Source: Roseibacillus sp.
GTDB taxonomy: Bacteria > Verrucomicrobiota > Verrucomicrobiia > Verrucomicrobiales > Akkermansiaceae
Direction: 5' to 3'
NCBI GenBank assembly: GCA_051251855.1
Contig: JBPOGI010000008.1
Span: 23,250-87,249, forward strand
DNA length: 64,000 nt
How positions within the stretch are numbered: position 1 is the stretch's first letter; every line of letters begins with the position of its first letter. The notes below the pieces were generated by a model. It was not told where the DNA came from. It did not search any database and saw only the letters and a program-made list of their open reading frames with translations. Shown one piece after another: positions 32,969-41,613 of the stretch. The translations under genes and the position numbers were made by a program.

Positions 32969-34663
32969 CTACCTCAGCCAAAAGCTAAAGTAGAGATACA
33001 TCCCGAGCACCAGCCCCATCACCACGCAGGTGCCCAAAACGTCCCAACGATTCCAGCTGTTCCGGATATCTTCTTTATCGGCAGCCGACAGACCTTGCCA
33101 AGTGAGACCACGCGTCTTCTCCTCCGTGGGAGCGTCTGTGAGAAGAGAAAGTCCCACGATGATGACCGTGCTAATCACCAGCAGCACACCCGAGTAGTAG
33201 AGGAAATTAAACTCCGCGATAAAGGCTAACGGTCCCGTGGTAATGCCCTTCTGAGAGGCAATCGCTTCAACCATCAGCTTCCCCATCCCCAGCACAAATC
33301 CAATTACGAGACCGTAGAAGGCTCCCGTAGCATTGATTCTTCGCCAAAAAAGACCCAGCAAGAAGACTGCGGTAATGGGAGGCGCGAGATAGCCCTGCAC
33401 TGATTGCAAATACTTGTAGATGCCCCCTCCGGCCATCTGCTTCATGATGGGAATCCAAATCAATCCCGCCACTACCACCACTCCAGTCGCGACCCGTCCC
33501 ACGGCCACATACTGACGCTCGGTCTTACCGGGTTTGAGTTTCTGATAGATATCGATCGTAAAGAGAGTGGCACAGCTGTTGAAGAGTGACGCCAACGAAC
33601 TCATCAGCGCCGACATTAAGCCAGCCACCACGAGACCCCGCAGTCCCACTGGCAACAAGGTCGAAACCATAGTAGCAAACACCTGATCGCCATCCAGCTC
33701 ATCGCTGCCCGTCTTCGAAGGAATAGAAATCGCGCCCTGATTGTGCAAGGCCATCCCGATGATACCCGGAACGAGAAAAATCAGTACGGGCCAGACCTTC
33801 AAAAACCCACCCCAAATCGCGCCACGACGGGCCTCGGTCAAACTCTTGGCCGCCAGCGTTCGTTGCACGATGTATTGATCGGTGCACCAATACCAAATTC
33901 CAATCACCGGCGACGCAATCAAGATCCCCAACCACGGAAAGTCATCATTCTTCCACCACGGCACTCCCGGTTGCGAGAGCGGTCGCCAGAGTTCGAAATT
34001 CATTTCACTATTGATGGCCGCCGCTTTCAGCTCCCCCCAGCCACCGAGCTTCTCCAAACCAAAAAGAGTGATTAACAAAGACCCTACCAAAAGAACCACC
34101 GTCTGAGCCACCTCCGTGTAGAGCACCGCACGCAGACCACCAAAGACAGTATAAATCCCCGTCAAAACCACCGTCACAATAGCACCCACCCAAAAGGCAT
34201 TATCCGGTGAACCGAAGGTATCGGGAAGGAGCGTCCGGAAAACAAGCGCCCCCGCATAAACGGTCACCGAAACTTTGGTGAAGACATAGGCTACCAAGCT
34301 CACAACCGAAAGAACCCAACGAACCCGCGCATTGAAACGCCGCTCCAAAAACTCCGGCATCGTGTAGACTCCACTCTTGTAATAGAATGGCACAAAGACC
34401 CACCCCAACAACACCATCACCCAGGCATGAAGCTCCCAATGAGCCATCGCCATCCCACCCGAAGCCCCACTCCCCGCCAGCCCCACGATGTGCTCGGAGC
34501 CAATATTGGAGGCAAACAAAGAAGCTCCCACCACAAACCAAGAAGCATGACGCCCCGCGAGAAAATAATCTTCCGTCGTCTTCTGCTTTCCCGCAGACCA
34601 CTTCACAATCCCCACCAGCCCAGCAAAATAGGCCGCCACTAAAATCCAATCGAGAACTTGCAT
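32969..34663 (-). CDS. Sodium:solute symporter (SLC5, sugar-type)
   Basis: YFLAGR, FASNIGSEH, TMPEFLERRF, WYWCTDQYIVQR, ALMSSL. Confidence 0.95.
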   Translation of the reverse strand: MQVLDWILVAAYFAGLVGIVKWSAGKQKTTEDYFLAGRHASWFVVGASLFASNIGSEHIVGLAGSGASGGMAMAHWELHAWVMVLLGWVFVPFYYKSGVYTMPEFLERRFNARVRWVLSVVSLVAYVFTKVSVTVYAGALVFRTLLPDTFGSPDNAFWVGAIVTVVLTGIYTVFGGLRAVLYTEVAQTVVLLVGSLLITLFGLEKLGGWGELKAAAINSEMNFELWRPLSQPGVPWWKNDDFPWLGILIASPVIGIWYWCTDQYIVQRTLAAKSLTEARRGAIWGGFLKVWPVLIFLVPGIIGMALHNQGAISIPSKTGSDELDGDQVFATMVSTLLPVGLRGLVVAGLMSALMSSLASLFNSCATLFTIDIYQKLKPGKTERQYVAVGRVATGVVVVAGLIWIPIMKQMAGGGIYKYLQSVQGYLAPPITAVFLLGLFWRRINATGAFYGLVIGFVLGMGKLMVEAIASQKGITTGPLAFIAEFNFLYYSGVLLVISTVIIVGLSLLTDAPTEEKTRGLTWQGLSAADKEDIRNSWNRWDVLGTCVVMGLVLGMYLYFSFWLR

Positions 34664-34822
34664 AAGTTTGGCCGCCCATTGTTTCTCAACAAAAGGAATC
34701 CGCAAGAACTTCGCTCCCTAAAGATCGAGAGAAAAAACGCTCGCGTGTAAGAAGCCCTTTGACTTATTTCAGCATCAATGCTCTTGAAGACTAACGCATT
34801 CCATTTATCCTAAGCTGGACAA

Positions 34823-36346
34823 ATGAGAGTGAGTTTGATGACAACCCTCCTGCTATTTGGCGCGCTCGAAGCTGCAGATATCAGTAACTTGACATGGAGG
34901 CTTCAAGGCTCGGAAATCGAAATCACCGATTGCGACCCAGATGCTATCGGTGATTTAGTCATCCCTCCCACAATTAACAATTTCCCAGTCACGGAAATTG
35001 GTTACGGAGCATTTAGGAGTTGTGACTCCCTTACATCTATCACCTTGCCCTCCGGCATAGAAGACATAGGATCCACCGCATTTGTAGATTGTTTGAATCT
35101 CACCGACATCCACATCGAGTCAGGAAGCCAATCCTATACTTCAATAGACGGCGTGGTATTTAACTCTGTGCAAACACGCCTGGTAGCGTTCCCATCTGGG
35201 AAGACAGCCTTAAACTACCTCATACCCCAAGGCGTCACAACTATTGGCGATTACTCTTTTAGCTACAGCAACAGTTTGGCTGCAGTGACCCTCCCCGACA
35301 CCGTGACAGTGATCGAGCCCGATGCCTTTGGGAATTCGGCTCTACTTACTGCTAATCTCTCTCCAAATCTGAATCTGATCGGATACCGTGCATTCGCTAA
35401 TTGTTTAAATCTCGAAAATTTGTCTCTCCCAGACAGCCTCTCTTCTCTCGAATACCAAGCGTTTTCAGGATGCGATCAGTTAATCAACGTAACAATTCCA
35501 GCGAACACGACGAGCATCAGCTACGGAGTCTTCAGAACCTGCAACAGGCTTAAGTCTATTCAAGTAGCGGCTGCAAATACCAATTACAGCTCTATTGACG
35601 GCGTCTTGTTCAACCAGTCTCTCAACACTCTCGTCCAATTTCCGGCTGGAAAATTGGCCAGCTACTATCAAATACCCAATGGAACCCAATCCATTGCTAG
35701 GCAGGCCTTTCAAAACAGCGATCTCCTCGAAGCGATCGAACTCCCGGATAGCTTAATTGAAATCGAACGAGATGCATTCGCGCATTGCAGTGGCCTTTAT
35801 GAAGTCATTTTTCCTAAAAGCCTCACCTCTATAGGCTCACTGTCTTTTGAGAGATGCGAAAACCTGTTCCGAGTCGTCATTTCTGCCTCCGTTGAAGAAA
35901 TCGAATTTGGAACGTTTAGAAGTTGCGAAAACTTAGCTCAAGTTGTCTTTGAAGGAGACCCACCCGAAAACATTGGAACCTTTCGCGCAATTTTCCCCTT
36001 TGGAGACACTGCTCCCAATGCCCGCGCCCTTGTGTTGCCCGAGTTCATCAACTCCTTTGGCGGCATCGGCTCGGATTGGTTCGAGCTCACTGTCTCGGCT
36101 CGACAAGCCCCAAGTGCAGAAATTGAGATCACTCGTTCTGGATTCGTCAGCGCAGGAGTATTTTTCATCGAATTCTCCCCTGGTGGCATGGACTTCAAAA
36201 TTATGCAGGATGAGAATCTGGCTTTCGAAAACGCAACTGAAGTGCCTCCATTGAAAGAACCTTCGAGTTCGACTGGAAATCGTTTCGAATTTGAGGCTTG
36301 CGAAACACGCGGTTTCTTTCAAGTCGTTAAGATCCCAGATTCCTAA
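34823..36346 (+). CDS. BspA/LRR_5 leucine-rich-repeat surface protein
   Basis: LRR_5 repeats with YxSIDGVxFN...LVxFP inserts; N-terminus paralogous to 31207-32823 (ADxSxL..ITDCD..A.G...IP.TI...PV). Confidence 0.92.
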   Translation: MRVSLMTTLLLFGALEAADISNLTWRLQGSEIEITDCDPDAIGDLVIPPTINNFPVTEIGYGAFRSCDSLTSITLPSGIEDIGSTAFVDCLNLTDIHIESGSQSYTSIDGVVFNSVQTRLVAFPSGKTALNYLIPQGVTTIGDYSFSYSNSLAAVTLPDTVTVIEPDAFGNSALLTANLSPNLNLIGYRAFANCLNLENLSLPDSLSSLEYQAFSGCDQLINVTIPANTTSISYGVFRTCNRLKSIQVAAANTNYSSIDGVLFNQSLNTLVQFPAGKLASYYQIPNGTQSIARQAFQNSDLLEAIELPDSLIEIERDAFAHCSGLYEVIFPKSLTSIGSLSFERCENLFRVVISASVEEIEFGTFRSCENLAQVVFEGDPPENIGTFRAIFPFGDTAPNARALVLPEFINSFGGIGSDWFELTVSARQAPSAEIEITRSGFVSAGVFFIEFSPGGMDFKIMQDENLAFENATEVPPLKEPSSSTGNRFEFEACETRGFFQVVKIPDS

Positions 36347-36459
36347 GCAACTTCTCCCGCTATACTAGAAGGTCGGTGAGCGAAGATGTACACAAACTAT
36401 TATAATGCTTCGCTGCATATTAAGAATGGAGCGAACAGAAACTATCGAGATCGTGTAGG

Positions 36460-36690
36460 CTTCTTTGTGCTACTCGTTCTTGTCTTAATCTTTCTCGCCA
36501 ATTTAGCTGCAGACGAAGCCATCATCCCCCGCGACGAAACCAAGCTGACCTCGCGTATCACCATCGCCTTCGGGTCCTGTATGTAACAGGCTCGGCCACT
36601 GGCTATCTTTGACACTACCGCCAAAGATGAGCCCGACCTTTCACTCTTCCTCAGGGATAACGTCTATGTCGACACGAACGACACGACCAT
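36460..36690 (+). pseudogene. 5' fragment of an alkaline phosphatase D (PhoD)-like gene
   Basis: IAFGSCM*QARPLAIFD...PDLSLFLRDNVYVD matches the PhoD AFGSC...PD.F.FLGDN.Y.D pattern; internal stop at 36584-36586 and truncation. Confidence 0.75.
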
Positions 36691-36755
36691 TAACACCGAT
36701 TCAAACCACTCTACGGGTCCGTTAAAGTAACTTTGAGAGGAAGCGCCATTCCTGT

Positions 36756-37697
36756 CTAATTAAGAGACGATTTTCGGAAAAACACCTTAATCGAAGCAAG
36801 AAGCAAGAGTTCGACCACTATCTGGATGGCACGCCAGAGAATAGCAGCGGTCGCCACTTCAGCACCGATACCCAGCGGTTCAAAAACAAGATAAAGAACG
36901 CCCTCACGAACCCCCATCCCCCCCGGCGCACCAAACGCCAGGAAGCCGACAATCCACGCTAAGCCGTAGCTCCCTGCTGCATCCATCAAAGTTGGCAGAG
37001 GCTCCACTCCGGTGGCCTGCAAGCACAGGAGAAAACCCGCACCATAGAAGATGGAAAGAACAAGATACTCAGCAAAAGCACGCAGTGTGATTCGCCATTG
37101 CAACAGGCCGTTCAGAAGCTCTCGCGACGCGTTTAAGACTCTAGAACGCACTCCAAGGACATCGAATGACAATACGACGATTGAAATCACGAAACATCCT
37201 CCTATGGCTATTAAGAACCCCGTGGGAGGAATTTGAAAACGCTCTAAGTAAATAAGGCCCGCTGCGCGGAGTTGAGGAGAACAAAGAGTACCCACCACTC
37301 CCAAGGTGGCCCATGCCGCGACCGTAATGGCGAGTTCAACCGCCAAACTCAAAGCAGCAGGTCCCTTGGCTGCACCAACCTGCTTGGCCTCCACTACACG
37401 AGAGGCATAGCCCCAAATACCACCAGGCAGCCATCGCATCGATTCGCATTCAATCCAGAGTCGTGCCGCCCTCCAGCGAGAGACCTTAACCCCCACAAGA
37501 CGAAGAATCAGTCCCCAAACCGATGCATTGAGACAAAGGTAGACCGCAGCAAGAAGAGCAGCCCCTAACAAAAGTAGATGGTCTGCATTGGCGAGAGCCT
37601 CCCCCAATTGCGCACGCAACGCCCAAAGACCCCACCCCATAAAGGCGAGCACCGCGAAAAAGCAAAGCGGTTTGACGCGATTAAGAAAGCCTTTCAT
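36756..37697 (-). CDS. Lysylphosphatidylglycerol-synthase-TM (flippase-like) membrane protein
   Basis: Multi-TM; RWLPGGIW, APGGMGVREG; follows glycosyltransferase genes. Confidence 0.85.
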   Translation of the reverse strand: MKGFLNRVKPLCFFAVLAFMGWGLWALRAQLGEALANADHLLLLGAALLAAVYLCLNASVWGLILRLVGVKVSRWRAARLWIECESMRWLPGGIWGYASRVVEAKQVGAAKGPAALSLAVELAITVAAWATLGVVGTLCSPQLRAAGLIYLERFQIPPTGFLIAIGGCFVISIVVLSFDVLGVRSRVLNASRELLNGLLQWRITLRAFAEYLVLSIFYGAGFLLCLQATGVEPLPTLMDAAGSYGLAWIVGFLAFGAPGGMGVREGVLYLVFEPLGIGAEVATAAILWRAIQIVVELLLLASIKVFFRKSSLN

Positions 37698-37704
37698 CAG
37701 CCGC

Positions 37705-38919
37705 TTATTGCACCGGTTCCTCAGCGGTTTCGGCATAGACTGCTACCGTTGCGCTAACAATCCGCTCCCAGTCAAACACCTTCTGCGCATAGTCAAAACC
37801 TTGATTGGCCAATCGCTGCGCCAGCTCGGAGTCATCAAGAATGCGTAAGATTGCCGCAATCAATGCCTCTTCGTTCTTTTCGGGAACAAGGAGACCTGTC
37901 TCCTCATCTTTAATAACATCAACGATCCCGCCTACCCCTGAAGCCACCACTGGTTTGCGGTGTCGCAAGGCCTCAATGAGCACAACCCCCAAACCCTCGG
38001 TATCGCCACGATCGTCAAAAATGGCTGGGTGCACATAGCAGGTGCACGTATGATAGAGCTCAGCCAAGCGCTCACTACTCACGAACCCCGCCCACTCAAC
38101 CACTTCGTCGAGGCCGAGTTCCGTCGTCAACTTCATCCACTCCTCCTTGCAGTCCCCTTCTCCCGTGATGACCACTTTAACCTTCCTCTTCTCAAGAATC
38201 TTAGGCAGAGCCTGCAGCAGAACATGTAGTCCCTTCCGTTGGATCAAACGCCCACAATTGAGAAGCATCGGAGGATCTGAGACAGGATACTCTTCCCCGA
38301 CCTCCGCCGATTCAACAGTAGCGCCATAGGGCAAAATATGGATAGGCCGGTCGCAGAGTTTACGAACCTCGTTCGCGGTATGAGAACTGTTCGCACAAAG
38401 GGCATCACCTGACTCGAGAAGAAGCGCCAACGCTTTGCGAACTCCTCCGCTATTTCTAGCCAAAGCCAATTCAGCTCCGTGACAAGTCATCACCACGCGC
38501 GTGCCAAAAATCTTAGCTGGCAACCAACTCATGAAACCGTGAGGAAAGGGCCAATGCACATGCAACACGTCGAATTTCTTTTTCCAAGTCCACCAAAAGA
38601 CAGCCAACACCCCACAAGCGATGTAACTGAGAGCAAAAACCTTAAAGAGAGGCGAACCCTGCTTATTCGGAGCCCCCTCATCATGCGTGAGAGTCTCCCA
38701 TTTCTTCGGAGCATAGCGCCACCGCAGAACCGGAACTCCGTCGATTTCATGACTCGCAAGAGCACACCACGAAGGAGCCAGCACCGTGACCTCGTGACCA
38801 GCGGCCGCGGTACGATTGACAATCTCCCGCTGCCAAGGGACGCCTGGGTCCTCATGATTCCGGGGATAAGTCGATCCTAGCACTGCGATACGCAGCTTCT
38901 TTGAAATTGAACTTTCCAT
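37705..38919 (-). CDS. GT4 family glycosyltransferase
   Basis: GRLIQRKG, EGLGVVLIEA (ExxxxxxxE), GGIVDVI..GLLV. Confidence 0.93.
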   Translation of the reverse strand: MESSISKKLRIAVLGSTYPRNHEDPGVPWQREIVNRTAAAGHEVTVLAPSWCALASHEIDGVPVLRWRYAPKKWETLTHDEGAPNKQGSPLFKVFALSYIACGVLAVFWWTWKKKFDVLHVHWPFPHGFMSWLPAKIFGTRVVMTCHGAELALARNSGGVRKALALLLESGDALCANSSHTANEVRKLCDRPIHILPYGATVESAEVGEEYPVSDPPMLLNCGRLIQRKGLHVLLQALPKILEKRKVKVVITGEGDCKEEWMKLTTELGLDEVVEWAGFVSSERLAELYHTCTCYVHPAIFDDRGDTEGLGVVLIEALRHRKPVVASGVGGIVDVIKDEETGLLVPEKNEEALIAAILRILDDSELAQRLANQGFDYAQKVFDWERIVSATVAVYAETAEEPVQ

Positions 38920-38937
38920 TTCCAGGTGGGTGTTAGG

Positions 38938-40371
38938 CTAACTCACCTTTGCATCTAATACTGGACGCAGCGCGCGGCTGGCGGTAATCGCCCGCCCCAG
39001 AGTCGCCACCAGTTCGTCCTTTTGAATCGGCTTGGAGAGGAAATCGAAAGCTCCCGACTTAATTGCCTCAGCTCCATCCTTCGCTTGATCCGAGCCCGAT
39101 AGAACAACCACTTGCGCATAAGGAGCAAGTGCCTTGAGCTTAGGAAGAGCCTCCAGCCCCGAAAGGCCTGGAAGATAGATATCAAGTAAGACGGCATCGA
39201 ATTCAGAGTTAATGGCCGCCATCGCCGCCTCAGCGGTATCAACGGCAACGACTTCCCAGCCTTCTTTCCCGAGCATCAGTGTGCTCAAGCGACGTAAAGT
39301 GGAGTCATCATCGGCAACAAGAATCTTAGCTTTTTGCTCTGCACCACCATCAGATGCAGCACCGAGAGAAGTAATGGAAGTTACCTTCTCGCTCACTTCG
39401 GAGCTCATGGGCTCGATTCGATCAACGATTGGAAGAGGATGCTCCTTGGAGTAATGACGATTGGTCATCATCTCGGCGAGAAAGCCTATCATGACGAGGA
39501 CTGGAGCCGCAAAAAGAGCTGCTGGCGCTGCCGCCAAGAGCCCCGAGCGAAGACCACCGGGAAAGAAAGGAAGAAGAGCTAACAGCCACAAGAAGACTGC
39601 CGTCATTGCACACAGAACCGCAACTCCTCCCATAAGGTGAAGAGGGCGCTCTCGAAAATTCTTGATGAAGTGCACGGACCACATATCCATGAATCCCCTT
39701 ACGAAACGCTTCACCCCATACTTTGAAACCCCGTGGAGTCGAGGATGGTGCTCAACAACAATCTCAGTCGTGCGATACCCTTCAATCGAAGCAAGCGAAG
39801 GAACCATGCGATGCATCTCACCATACATAGGCAGAGATTTCACTACCTCAAGGCGGTAGCATTTAAATCCACAGTTGTGGTCATGCAACTTTACCCCGTT
39901 CACTTTACTGAGCATTAAGTTAAAGACACGGCTTGGCAGGACCTTGTGCCAAGGGTCATGCCGTTTCTCTTTGTAACCCGAAACCACATCCCACCCTTCG
40001 CCTTCCTTGAGCTTATCCAAGAAACGAGGAATCTCTTTAGGATCATCTTGAAGGTCGGCATCCAAAGTGAAGACAATCTCACCCGAAACCTCAGCATATC
40101 CAGCGGCAAGAGCCGGGGCTTTTCCTTGGTTACTACGAAAGCGTATCGCTCGCACGTGGTCCGCATCCCGCTCGGCTAACCCCTGCACGACCTCCCATGA
40201 AGAATCCGTGCTCCCATCATCAATAAAAATGATTTCCCAGTCGCGAGACAACTCATTCGCCTGCACCGCGATCCGGTCATAGAGTTCTTGCAGAGACTCT
40301 TCTTCATTCATCAACGGAATGATAAAACTAAGAGTCGGCTTTTGGCTTTGATTGGGGGTTGAAGAGGACAT
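38938..40371 (-). CDS. GT2 (ArnC/DPM-like) glycosyltransferase fused to a C-terminal receiver domain
   Basis: IDDGSTD, DADLQDDP, DHNCGFK, HHPR..SKY, two TM helices; then ADDD, LLD, LSG, KP receiver motifs. Confidence 0.92.
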   Translation of the reverse strand: MSSSTPNQSQKPTLSFIIPLMNEEESLQELYDRIAVQANELSRDWEIIFIDDGSTDSSWEVVQGLAERDADHVRAIRFRSNQGKAPALAAGYAEVSGEIVFTLDADLQDDPKEIPRFLDKLKEGEGWDVVSGYKEKRHDPWHKVLPSRVFNLMLSKVNGVKLHDHNCGFKCYRLEVVKSLPMYGEMHRMVPSLASIEGYRTTEIVVEHHPRLHGVSKYGVKRFVRGFMDMWSVHFIKNFRERPLHLMGGVAVLCAMTAVFLWLLALLPFFPGGLRSGLLAAAPAALFAAPVLVMIGFLAEMMTNRHYSKEHPLPIVDRIEPMSSEVSEKVTSITSLGAASDGGAEQKAKILVADDDSTLRRLSTLMLGKEGWEVVAVDTAEAAMAAINSEFDAVLLDIYLPGLSGLEALPKLKALAPYAQVVVLSGSDQAKDGAEAIKSGAFDFLSKPIQKDELVATLGRAITASRALRPVLDAKVS

Positions 40372-40663
40372 TATTTGCGATGGGTGACAAACATTGATAG
40401 TAAATAATGACAAACTAATCAACAGCAAAGTTTGACAACCTTTGAACACTATCTGTTCAAAATTAAACCCGATTAGAGCTAACCTACTGAAAATCAGCAC
40501 AGAAGTTCACCTCCTCTCTTTTCCCATTTCTCACTCCCTCAGAAAGGTTTGCCCCCAAGATAGAGGCCCCTTTCTCCTCGATTCATGACAAAAGCAGCTC
40601 TCAATTAAAGCATTATTGAGTCGATGAGATTGCTTCCAAAGAGATGTTTGCTTAGATCCCGCC

Positions 40664-41473
40664 ATGGCCCATCGCGATACTCCAGCCACCTTTCCGATTC
40701 CTAAGGACAAAATTCTTATCGAAAAGAGCAAAGCGATTGCCAGTTCACCACTCACTTGGGTTGCAGCTGTTGGTGCAATTGTAGCTCTCGCCTTGCTGCC
40801 GAATCTCTATGGCCTCGCTATAGCCACTGGAGTCATCTTCGGCACTGCCGCACTCTGGAAAAAGCGCATGCCCCAAATCGAGGACGGTATCGTAGCCGCC
40901 CTCATCGAGAGCAGTAACAAGGCCCAAACCCGCTCTCTCAAAAAGGGCGTCGAGCAACTAAAAGATTGGGACTACGAGGACTACGCCGACCAACTCACTG
41001 AAATTCTGGCTCTCAAAAAACAAGTCGAAGGAACCATTCATAGTCAGACCCCACGCACTTCCACGGATGAAAGTATCGAGTCGCTCGTCGACACCTTGTG
41101 CAATGAAGTCTCGCGAGACCTCTTCAAGATGGCGGATATCAACTACACTCTCCGTAAAAAACGAAAACGCCTCTCCGACCAGCAAAAAAAGGAGATGAGA
41201 AGCGACCAAGAGGAACTCGGGGAGCGCGTCAAGCAAGCCACCCTCGCTCTCAAAGAAGCGCACGCCCAACTTGCACTCACCACTGGGAAAAGAATCCCCG
41301 ACAAGGGCGACAATCCCCTTCTCGACCAGACCATCGAACGCCTGCGCGAGGAGTCAGCTCTCGCCCAGCGTATCCGAGCCCGCATCGAAACCACCTATGT
41401 CGATACTTTGGAAGTCGTTCCAGAAACAACGTCCACCACAAGCTATTCCTCCCCGAACACAATCTCACACTAA
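40664..41473 (+). CDS. Membrane-anchored coiled-coil hypothetical protein
   Basis: Two N-terminal TM helices followed by helical coiled-coil segments. Confidence 0.8.
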   Translation: MAHRDTPATFPIPKDKILIEKSKAIASSPLTWVAAVGAIVALALLPNLYGLAIATGVIFGTAALWKKRMPQIEDGIVAALIESSNKAQTRSLKKGVEQLKDWDYEDYADQLTEILALKKQVEGTIHSQTPRTSTDESIESLVDTLCNEVSRDLFKMADINYTLRKKRKRLSDQQKKEMRSDQEELGERVKQATLALKEAHAQLALTTGKRIPDKGDNPLLDQTIERLREESALAQRIRARIETTYVDTLEVVPETTSTTSYSSPNTISH

Positions 41474-41613
41474 ACAACCAAGTATCTAGACCCTAGGCTA
41501 CCTCCCTCGTATCCCCCTGCGTCCATCCGTCTCAATACCCAAGTCGAAATCATCGACTACCGCGCCAGAGGAATCCCCCTTACCCTTAAGTCCTGACGAA
41601 CAGTCTCAAAAAC

